64,000 nt of DNA, from assembly GCF_006345805.1 (NCBI RefSeq), contig NC_043016.1, positions 6,324,001 through 6,388,000 of the forward strand. The letters run 5' to 3'. Below are positions 50,028-60,136 of this stretch, in pieces (position 1 is the stretch's first letter; every line of letters starts with the position of its first letter). Source of the DNA: Octopus sinensis. Taxonomy: Eukaryota. Below the pieces are notes generated by a model. That model was not told where the DNA came from, searched no databases, and saw only the letters and a program-made list of their open reading frames with translations. The position numbers and the translations under genes are program-made.

Positions 50028-50329
50028 GTGAGTAGAACAAGAAATATTATAACAGCCTTAAATGTCGAAAGCCTCCGATCTTTTTTTATTGACCTCCCAT
50101 TTAATTATTGCAACACGTGTCTGATAGAGAAACTGTTCATTCATATTTCGTTCTTGTTTTGTGACTCTTCCAAGTCAACCCTGGTAGAGTAGTCTTTTGA
50201 TCAAAGACATTCCAGCCGTGCCCACTCCGTCCTTTCCTCATATACTCCTTCTAGATTCATGTCATCGAATGTGTCGTGAGATTGCGGCTGCTCTTTCTAG
50301 CATCGCTGTTGCTTGTGTTGCTAGGGACC

Positions 50330-50765
50330 GATGTCCCGCATAACCACAGATTTCTGTCCCCACTTCACCCGCCGACTTTGGATGATCATAACTTTCAGAA
50401 AAATGGATATTTTTAAATAAAATTTTCGACAAATATGTGTTATATAATGTAGATTCTGAATATACAAAACTTTTTTGGGGAAAGTGTTTTAGGAGGGGAT
50501 GGGTGGGGAATTTCGGAAAATTCACGGGAGTCCACTTCATTCGTCTTAACTTTCAAGAAAATGGACATTTTTTAATGAAATTCTCTACAAATATACCTCA
50601 GACTTTGGGGAACATTAAATGGGGGTTATTTTTGAGGACCGTTCTCCACTCGGGGGTGCTTTGGAACAAGTCGTCCATATTTGTTTTATTTTCTCCGTTT
50701 TGTGCGTTTTGTACTTCCGTAGATTTCTACCGAAGCAACAAACGGGCAATGAAAGCAAATGAATC
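50330..50765 (+). mobile_element. Possible Helitron-like non-autonomous element
   Basis: CATAACTT..ATTTTT and GATTCTGAATAT motifs; 3' CGAAGCAAC..CGGGC resembles Helitron ends; termini not clean. Confidence 0.3.
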
Positions 50766-50999
50766 TCTCACCTAAATATAACAGCCACAGGTCTGGTACA
50801 CAGAAATATGCGATTTATTATATACTTTAGTATACGGGTCATAAACGAATTCTAGTGATAGGCCTGTTATTCCTCATTTAATTGATTTTGTTTGGTTGTG
50901 GTCCCTCCTATTCATATTCTAGCAATTATACCTTTGGTACATCCTCTTCCACTGCTTATTATGTCCTCTTAGCAGCAGAGATTATCTACTACTTCTAGA

Positions 51000-51370
51000 G
51001 AGCCTCTAAGATATTTCTGTAAATCGGTTTTCCTGTATCTGTAGTCTTCATGGCTCTTGTACATCTTGCACATACAAATACTATTTTCTCTGTTAACTTT
51101 CTTTTTATTCCACTGTACCTCTTATTTGTCTTGTCTGTAGTTAGCACATTGAATAGAATTCCTGCTTACACTTCCTACATATCAAGCAGGGCCATTTACC
51201 TGAAGAGGATAGGGTCCTATCTGGTTTCTTGCTTACTAGAACCTTGGTCTTTACTAAGTTAACTTTAAACCCTGTTGATCCCAGGTTTTGTTTCCACACC
51301 TGGAATTTTTTTTCCAGTTCTGTTATAGATTCTGTTAAGATGGGAAGATTACCCAACAAGATGTTCTCAT
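51000..51370 (-). mobile_element. PHD-RTE relic fragment
   Basis: ELEKKFQVWK..KVNLVKTKVLVS..GKWPCLICRK. Confidence 0.85.
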
Positions 51371-51584
51371 GGGCCTCCAGTCTTAAATCCCTGACTTCTA
51401 GGAATACAACATTCTTCAAATTTATGCTATTAATCCTGTAGTTCTCACACTGCAGAATTAGTAGAAGATACTTAGTACTGCACTGTGAGACTGAACCCAA
51501 AATTGCATGGTTGGGAAACACAGAGCCAAACCTGACATACAGAAAAAATACGACAGCTGTGATAAAATATTATTTACAAGATGT

Positions 51585-51985
51585 TTACTCTCTTTACTCT
51601 TTTACTTGTTTCAGTCATTTGACTGCGGCCATGCTGGAGCACCACCTTTAATCGAGCAACTCAACCCCGGGACTTATTCTTTGTAAGCCCAGTACTTATT
51701 CTATCGGTCTCTTTTGCCGAACCGCTAAGTGATGGGGACTAAAACACACCAGCATTGGTTGTCAAGCAATACTAGGGGGACAAACACACACGCACACACA
51801 TACATATATATACATATATACGACAGGCTTCTTTCAGTTTCCGTCTACCAAATCCACTCACAAGGCTTTGGTCGGCCTGAGGCTATAGTAGAAGACACTT
51901 GCCCAAGGTGCCACGCAGTGGGACTGAACCCGGAACCATGTGGTTGGTAAGCAAGCTACTTACCACACAGCCACTACTGCGCCTG
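51585..51985 (-). mobile_element. Full-length OR/Ceph-like tRNA SINE
   Basis: GGCGCAGTAGTGGCTGTGTGGTAAG, GGGTTCAGTCCC, conserved core, (AGAGTAA) tail; decayed relatives near 52810-53185, 53540-53920, 55875-56070. Confidence 0.9.
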
Positions 51986-54180
51986 AAAGCATTCTTTACT
52001 TTTTCACTTTAAACTTGTGCATCACCAATTTGCTAAAGATCCTTCTCTCATGCCAATTAGATATTTTATTAAATTTGTCCTCTCAATAGCATGATTTTTT
52101 TCATCTAAACCTTTTATAGAAATGAGACAAAAACCTAGTAGTAATTGTTAGCAAGTTTCAAAGAGAAGAGGAGATAATTTCAGAAAATATAGAATTATCT
52201 CTCAGAGTCAATTTACGTGTTTAGAGGAAGTTTGATCTTTGTTAACAAACACCATCTTCTCTTGTCACTAGCCAAAGAGACAGTCTATATATGCTCAGTT
52301 TGCTAGAAATAAAATTTCGTTTAAAAACTGAATTACAATGTTAGATCAGGAGTTTTGTCCTGCCTGGTAATTTTAACATACCCTTCCATGAGAAATTTAC
52401 TGTAAAATGTATAGATATTGTACAATGAGCAATAGACATGCTATTTGTTACTAATTTAATTTAATTTAATGTTACATTTTAATGAAATGAATGAGCTTGG
52501 TTCATTCCAACAAGTCACTCAGTTCTCGGTACAGTCTGAGAGAGACTTGTTTACAATGGTGAGTTGATGGTAACAGCAAAAGGCTCTCCACAATTTTTAG
52601 ACATAGGTGGATAAGAATTCACAATTGAACACCAGGATTTTGTTGGGGAAGAAGTTGCAAAAAATATATTTTGCTATGGAGTCATTTATATATTCTATAA
52701 ATACGTCTTATATCTTGCTTGGAACTGATCTGGAATTCTAAAGGGATTTCAGTTAAGCTGATAATCTAACTAAAATAAGGAAAATCTGGATATAATTCAT
52801 CACCATAACCTTATTGTTTTAATCTCTGCTTTTCCATGCTCAACATGGTTCAAACAGAATTTGTTGAAGCAGATTTTCTACAGCTGGACACCCTTCCTGT
52901 TACCAACCCTCACCTGTTTCCATGGTAATATTCCATGGAAGATTTGAAATAACAATATTGCATAGAAGACTGACTCTCACTTACAGCCCTCAGTTGATAT
53001 CAAAATTAGGACACACACACACACACACAAATGATGGGCTCCTTACAGTTTCCGTCTACCAAATTCATTCACAAGGTTTTGATAGGTTCGAAGCTATAGT
53101 AGAAGAGACTTTTGATAGGTTCGAAGCTATAGTAGAAGAGATCGCATGGTTGGAAAGTAAGCTTCATAAACCACTCAGTCATGGTTGCAGCTATGTAGCA
53201 AAACAAAATTGTTCTGGTCTGACTCGTACCATTGTTGTCATCTGCTTCCAGCATTGTAAACCTTTTACTTACATTCTCAAAAATATTTGTAACAGTTCAC
53301 ATTCAGTTTTTCTTTTTCGTTTCACAATTCTTCGTTTCTCGTATATTTTCCATTATGACATAAGGCTGGACTGTTTTGCAGTGGGCACATCTGCCCATTC
53401 TGGTTATGTCATGTTTCTACTTGAAATGATTGTTCTTTGTCAGCTAGATTAGGATGATTATTAGAGAAACATTGTTTCAGAAAGCTTCCCTTTATTTAAT
53501 AGTTTGATATAATTTTGACGTACTTAAAAATTGTGAATGGTTTTGGATTTTGCCCACTGTATTGCACCTTGGGAAAGTGTCTTCTACTATAGCCTTGGGC
53601 TTTCTAAACCTTGTGAGTGCATTTAGATGATTGAAATTGAAAGAAAACCATTGTGTGTGTATGCACATGCATGTGTATGTGTGTGTGTGTTTGTGTTTTG
53701 GCATTGTGTGATAGTTGTAAATAAATGTCCTTGTCATACAAACGGTGTAATTCATTTTTCCGTGAAGACATGTCTAGCTATGGGGAAATATTACCTTACT
53801 TGGAAACAGGTGAGGGTTGGTGATAAGAAGGGCATCAGGCTGTAGAAAATATATATCTCAATAAACTCTTTTCGACTCCTGTAAGTATGAAAAAGTCGAT
53901 GTTAAAACAATGATTATGAAGTAAAATTTGATGTGTGATAATTGTCATCACAATGACAATTGTCACACATCAATGTTTTTCAGTGCATTCATGACACCGA
54001 ATTCTTTTCAGTGCATTCATAACACTACTGAAAGTCTAAAAGCCATAGTGTTACTTTAGTCTGACTTTAGTGTTTTCTTGGCAAGGATATTGTGGTAATT
54101 TGCCATTGCCTTCCCCAACTGGATGGCCATTGGCCCACAAGGAGCTCACTTGTTCTTAAGCAGGTTTTGTTTTTAGTTCT

Positions 54181-54412
54181 TATTTCTTTACTACCCACAA
54201 GGGGCTAAACACAGAAGGGACAAACAAGGACAGACAAACGGATTAAGTCGATTATATTGACCCCAGTGCATAACTGGTACTTATTTAATCGACCCCAAAA
54301 GGATGAAAGTCAAAGTCGACCTCAGCGGAATTTGAACTCAGAACGTAATGGCAGACGAAATATGGCTATGCATTTTGCCCGGCATGCTAACGTTTCTGCC
54401 AGCTCACCGCCA
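54181..54412 (-). mobile_element. MetaSINE-like element
   Basis: Matches 24404-24631; TSD TAGTTCT. Confidence 0.9.
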
Positions 54413-54686
54413 TAGTTCTGCTGGGTGTCCAGATACCCTCCCCATTGGTTTACATGGTACCTGTAGCAGGTCTCTCCTTGAGAAAATCCCTAACCTGACC
54501 GTGACAGTGAGATTTCTTTTAATACACATAATACCAAATTGCTTTGAGTGAAAACAATAGATATTTTAACGTATATTTAGCTGAATAAACTGTAAGTAGG
54601 TTCATTAAACTGATCTAAATACAGAACAAACCGTTTTGCTTGGAAAACTTATAAAAACATTTTCCAATCAAATAAGTACATGCAAG

Positions 54687-54907
54687 CTAAGGTGGCGAGC
54701 TGGCAGAATCGTTAGCACACCAGGCGAAATGCTTAGCAATATTTCGTCTGTCTTTACGTTCTGAGTTCAAATTCCACTGAGGTCGACTTTGCCTTTCATC
54801 TTTTCAGGGTCGATAAATTAAGTACCAGTTGCATACTGAGGTCGATCTAATCGACTGCCCCTCCCTCCGCCAAAATTTCTGTCCTTGTTCCTAGAGTAGA
54901 AAAGAAA
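54687..54907 (+). mobile_element. MetaSINE-like element with variant 3' end
   Basis: Same head and core; 13-bp TSD AAGTACATGCAAG (54674-54686, 54908-54920). Confidence 0.9.
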
Positions 54908-55226
54908 AAGTACATGCAAGTAGTTCCAATGAAATAAGAACATACAAGTATTTAAAAATATCAGAACATTTCTAGAGATGTGAAGATTGACAGAGGAAGC
55001 AATCAACAAGGGAAGTAACTATGAATGTATTAAATCACTATGACATGCATTGATGATATTTGCCAACTGTATGTCAGGAATATAAGACACATGAGTTATG
55101 CTTAGTTCTGGAGATTATTTCAAACTCCAATGTTTTCACGGACCTCATGTATTGACAAGAAAACTGTAAAGCTGGTTTTAAAGCCTAGTATAAGATAGTG
55201 TACTCTGTTATCTGTTATGTTTGTAC

Positions 55227-55569
55227 TTGTACTTGTGGCGACATTCACCCTGGGCGGGTTGAGTCAGCTTCTTCTACTCATGGAAGAAGTTTCGTGGGAA
55301 TATGTGGATTTCACAAGCGGTCCCCAACAATCCCGCATGTAGAGACATCCTGTTTGCCGCAGATTGTCCGCAGACGCAGGGACAGAACGACCGAGGAGCT
55401 GCCAGTTGCCGAAACAGACACTCCGAGTTGTGGCCCTAATACCACTCTGTGTCAGACCAATCTGCCTTGGGTGGCCCTACATGGAACCGACGTTCCCAAT
55501 GGCATAGCTCTGACACTACCTGTTGCCAGCATCCCCACCACGGTGAGGAGGGCTTGGACTTTGGGGACT
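55227..55569 (-). mobile_element. Complete short non-autonomous RTE derivative (5' UTR joined to 3' end)
   Basis: 16-bp TSD TCTGTTATGTYTGTAC (55211-55226, 55570-55585); RTE-type 5' UTR words GAGCTATGCC and AGGGCCACCCAAG; (CAAGTA)n tail. Confidence 0.8.
55496..55568 (-). ncRNA. HDV-like ribozyme candidate
   Basis: P1 GUCCCCA/UGGGGAU with G1.U wobble; P3/L3 CCU-CCUCACCG-UGG; P4 CUGGCA/UGUCAG; J4/2 AGCUA; imperfect P2. Confidence 0.65.
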
Positions 55570-57021
55570 TCTGTTATGTCTGTACCTTTTGGAGACAGTA
55601 GGATGTGATTTGAGAAAAATTTCACTTGTCTTTTTCTAGCAGATAGAATAACCATGTGGGTGCAAGTACAGTTGTGTGGTTCCAAAGTTTTTTCTGGATT
55701 TACGTGTTTTATGTTCAATTCCAGTGTGTGCTAATCCTTTATGCTGATTAAAGCCTTGTGAGTGAAATTTGTTAGATGGAAACTGTGAAAAAGCATTTTC
55801 CTATTCTTGGGTGTTAGACTGAATCCTTTGTCTGGTATCATCATTTTGAAACTGCCCTACGATACAAAGTTCTGGTTGTGTGGCTCTGTTGTAAGAAGTT
55901 TGCTTCCCAACTTCATGGTGGGGAAGTACCATTCCAAATTCAGTACCATTGCATGGTATCTTGGGCATGTGTCTTCTACTATAGTTCCAGGCCACCTGAC
56001 CAAACTTTGTAAGTTGATATGGTAAATGGAAACTGAAAGAAGCCGATTGTGTGTGTGTATGTGTGTATAATCCAAATAATAAGACAAGGAAATCCCCTTA
56101 AAGATTTGTTTCAATTGTGTCTGTAACAACTCTGCTTGTAGTGACAGTTTATACAAAAATTCAAAATGAAATTTACATAATGTTTGCAGTTGTAGACAGA
56201 GTGGCACTCCATTAGACTTGCATCAAAGGTGTGCCTTCACATTGTGTGTCTTCCAGACATTCTACTTTTTTGCTTGTAGCAGGAGGAAACAAAATGTAAA
56301 TAAAAGTGTGGTTGGGGGATGAGTAGGTAGTATAGAGATCACCTGGGGAGGATGAAGAAGAAGAAGAATAAGAAGAAAAATAGGATAATGAAAGGTGAGC
56401 TGAAGCATGAGGTAGTAATTAGAAAATTGAATGGACAGTGCAAATTAGAAGAAAGGAGAAAGCAAACAGTACATGAAGAATTGTTACAATGGGTGACAGC
56501 ATTAAAGCCCAAATTGAAAAGATATGATGCTAGATGCAAAAGTTTTGAACAGAATAGACTGTTCCAATCAAATAGAAGGCATCCTTTTGAAGAAATAGAG
56601 ATGACCAACATCAGGAACTAATTCCTGATGCAGAAGAAAGTAAATATTTGTGGGAGAACTGTGGAACCGGCCTGCAATACATGAAGAAAGTGCAGAGTGG
56701 TTGACACAGGTGAAAAGACAACTTAGAATTGTGCCAAGGCAAAAGAATCGATCTCTATACAGTGAGACTATAGTAAAAAATAGCAAATTGGAAAGGACCT
56801 GGCCCAGATGGAATAGGAGGCTACTGGCTGAAGAATTTTACACAGTTGCTTCAAAGGATCACTGCAGAACTAGATAAAAGCCTGCAGTATGGTCACACTC
56901 CTACTAAAACGACAAGTGGATGAATGCCGTTAAATCTGAAGGATCCCTTTGAAAGGTAACTTGGCATCAAATTTGTAACCTATAACCTCTTTACCACTGA
57001 TGTAGAAGCTTATGACTGGTG

Positions 57022-57315
57022 TCATCATCATCATCATCGTTTAACGTCCGCTTTCCATGCCAGCAAGGATTGGATGGTTTGACTGAGGGCTGGTGAGCCA
57101 GGAGGTTGCACCGGGCTCCAATTTGATCTGGCAAAGTTTCTACAGCTGAATGCCCTTCCTTAATGCCAACCACTCCGAGATTGTAGTGGGTGCTTTTTAC
57201 ATGCCACCGGCATGAGGGCCAGTTGGGTGGCACTGGCAGTGACCATGCTTGAATGGTGCTTTTTACGTTCCACCAGCACAGGTGCCAGTCAGGTGGTACT
57301 GTCATAGGCCATGAC
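57022..57315 (-). mobile_element. PHD-RTE 3' UTR-only copy
   Basis: Array units, terminal domain, (CAT)n on the plus strand. Confidence 0.9.
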
Positions 57316-57727
57316 AACGACAACTTGCAGAAAATCTATATAATCATCTAGAAAATAACCTACTTCCAGAAGAGGAGAAAGGATGCAGGAAAGAAAGAAA
57401 AACAACAGATGACCACTTTTAAGTTGATAAAATGATATTTAGAAATTGTAGATGTAGATTGATGGGATTGACTGTAGCATGGCCAGATTACAAAAAAAAA
57501 AAAGCATATGTCATAAGTACTGCACAATTAGATAGTTAAAACAACGAGGATGTTTGGAGTAGCAGAAGATATGGAGAAAATGGTTAATGAAAATATGAAA
57601 CATTGGAATACTGAATCGATTGGAGGGAAACAAAAACTTGGAGAAGTGAACATCAGGCGTGGAATATTTGAAGGTGATTGTTTATCTCCATTACTATTTT
57701 GTATAGACCATGACATTGCTCACTATG

Positions 57728-58203
57728 TATAAGATCTGGTCATCAAATCTAAGTAGAGATTTCAAACTTCAAGTCTTCAAAGCCACAGTCGAACCAATTC
57801 TACTATATGGCTCAGAAACCTGGACGTTATCAAAGAAGCTTGAGAGGCGGTTGGATGGAACTTACACTCGCCTCCTTATGAGAGCTCAAAATCTCTTGTG
57901 GAAGCGCCATCCAACCAAAATGCAAATATATGGGAAACTACCACCTGTGTCATCTCTTGTGAAAGGTAGAAGAGTCCAGTTTGATGGACATTGTTGTAGA
58001 GCTGAAAACGAGGTAATTTCTACTCTTCTCCTCTGGAAGCCATCTACTCGCAATACCAGAGGGCGCACACTTTCCTACCCTGATGTAATCTCCAGGGATA
58101 CAGGCATCCAGCAACAGGACCTCCGTAATGCCATGATGGACCGTGAAGTCTGGCGTAGCATGGGTAATTCCATTGTCTCGACCACGGTGGAACAATGATG
58201 ATG
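57728..58203 (+). mobile_element. 5'-truncated RTE thumb fragment, another family
   Basis: KIWSS..VEPILLYGSETWTL..GHCCRA..MMDREVWR*, stop running straight into a GAT tail. Confidence 0.9.
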
Positions 58204-58474
58204 GTACTATGCAAAGTTAAAAAAATAGTTTATGTCTTGGGAAAAAGGATATGGTCAGATAAATCATCTCCCTTTTATGGTTGTTATAAAGATTTATGTG
58301 AAAAATGAAAAATAGATTGAAAGTCTCATACGTACTATTCGCATTTTCTCAAAATGATGTAGGTATGGAATTTTGGATCAAAAAGTGTGCTATGTTGAAA
58401 ATGAAATGAGGAGGTTTGAAAGAAGCCAAAAAAATAAAACATGCCAAATGGGCAAACAATGAAAGCAGTTGAGA

Positions 58475-59455
58475 AAGGTGCTTTTTACGTGCCACCGGCA
58501 CAGAAGCCAGTTAAGGCGGCACTGGCATCGGCCATGTTCGGATGGTGCTTTTTACGTGCCACCAGCACGGGGATCACAACTACAATTTCCATTTGATTTC
58601 TATGTACTTTACTCAGTACGTCTCCTCAAGCACGGCATGTCACCCTATGATCCAAGGTACTTTTGAGTGTTGGTTATGATGTGAACTAGCTTTACTTGCC
58701 AGGTCTTCTCAGTCACAGCATATCTCCAGAAGTCTTAGTCTTTTGTCATTGCCTCTGTGAGGTCCAACGTTCGAAGGTCATGCTTCAACATCTCATCCCA
58801 TGTCTTCCTGGGTCTCCTTCTACCCCAAATTCCTTCCACTGTTTGGGAGTGGCACTTATACAGCTCTCCTCATTCATCTGTAGTACATGACCATACCAAG
58901 GCAAACATCACTTTTGCATGCCACTCTGATGCTTCTTATGCCCAACATTTCTTTCAGGGTGCTTACACTCTGTCGTGCATGGACACTGACATTACACATC
59001 CAGCAGATCATGCTAGTGTCATTTCTTTTGAGCCTACATGTCTTCAGCAGTCACGGCCCATGTTTCACTGCCGTGAAGCATGGCAGTTCGCACTCATGCA
59101 TTGTACAATCTACCTATCACTCTAAGCGAGAGGCCCTTTGTCACCAGTATGGGTAGAAGCTTTGCCCAGGCTATTCTTATTCTAGTGGCAACACTCTCTG
59201 AGCATCCACCCCCACTACAGACTTGGTCACCTAGGTAGCGGAAGCTATCAACTACTTCTAGTTTCTCCCTTTGGCATGTAATGGAATCTGTTTTCTGAGC
59301 ATGTGGTATTTATTGCCCCCGTGCATCTGCCGCACATGAAAGCTATCTTTCCAATTAATCTTCCTATGATATTGCTGCACCTCCTATGAGTCCTTAGCTT
59401 ACACTGGGCACATCTTATGCAGTTTCTATCTACTCCTTTTCTACAGATCGAGCAG
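58475..59455 (-). mobile_element. PHD-RTE relic: PHD, thumb, partial array
   Basis: CSICRKGVDRNCIRCAQCKLRTHRRC..FMCGRC, FRYLG, HGSETW. Confidence 0.9.
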
Positions 59456-60136
59456 ATTTATGTTTAATTTTTTAATTCTGTATTTTATTGCTTAATTTTA
59501 ATAAGCAATTTATTTGCTTAATATACTTAAAAGTATTGAATATATTTCATAGGCATTGATCTAAACTTGTTCTTTTCCTTGTATATTGTTTGAGAACATT
59601 GTTTATTGAAATACACTATTCCAGTAGTGTTTGTCGGGCTTGGTTTTGGTGTGACGTATTTATGGTGCGATGTTGATTGAGAAATAAAGTATCCAGAAGT
59701 CCATGTTTGTTGTATTGTCTGAATGTCCTGTTAGGAATAATTTCTTTGTTATAAGTACTACTTCATAGCTATGAGTTGTCACTGGTTCTGAGTTCCCAGG
59801 CAGCATTTATATTTTTAATGCTGTTGACATCGTTGAATTGAATGGCACTGCTCAGGTATAGAAACCTGTTTGGCAGGTGAAAACGTGAATGCATATTTGT
59901 TATGCTTGATTGTAAATTTCTTATAACTCTGTCTTGTTATTTTGCATCGTCTTTCATTCATGTGGAGTGGAAAGTGTTTGTGGATTCATAGTTTATGGGT
60001 ACCACTTATTTTGGTATTGGTTGTTTTTTTTCTTCATAGGTAATCTTATTAGTCTTTGATAATGCTTAGATATTGGTGTCTAGTTTTGCTGGCAGTTCTG
60101 TGGCATATGTATGTATATATATATATATATATATAT

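Larger units (their letters stand above)
56400..58468 (+). mobile_element. R4/Dong-type RT relic interrupted by two RTE insertions
   Basis: KRYDAR..QNRLFQSN, NWKGPGPDGIGGYWLK, AWPDYKK, IRRGIFEGDCLSPLLF, INHL.FM, GMEF..KKCA. Confidence 0.85.

Noticed and set aside
53077-53140. 32-bp tandem duplication (also 24 bp near 17693-17742)
   Set aside because: Ordinary local slippage
59460-60105. Possible decayed Penelope ORF on the minus strand
   Set aside because: Only vague peptide likeness; no diagnostic motif recoverable
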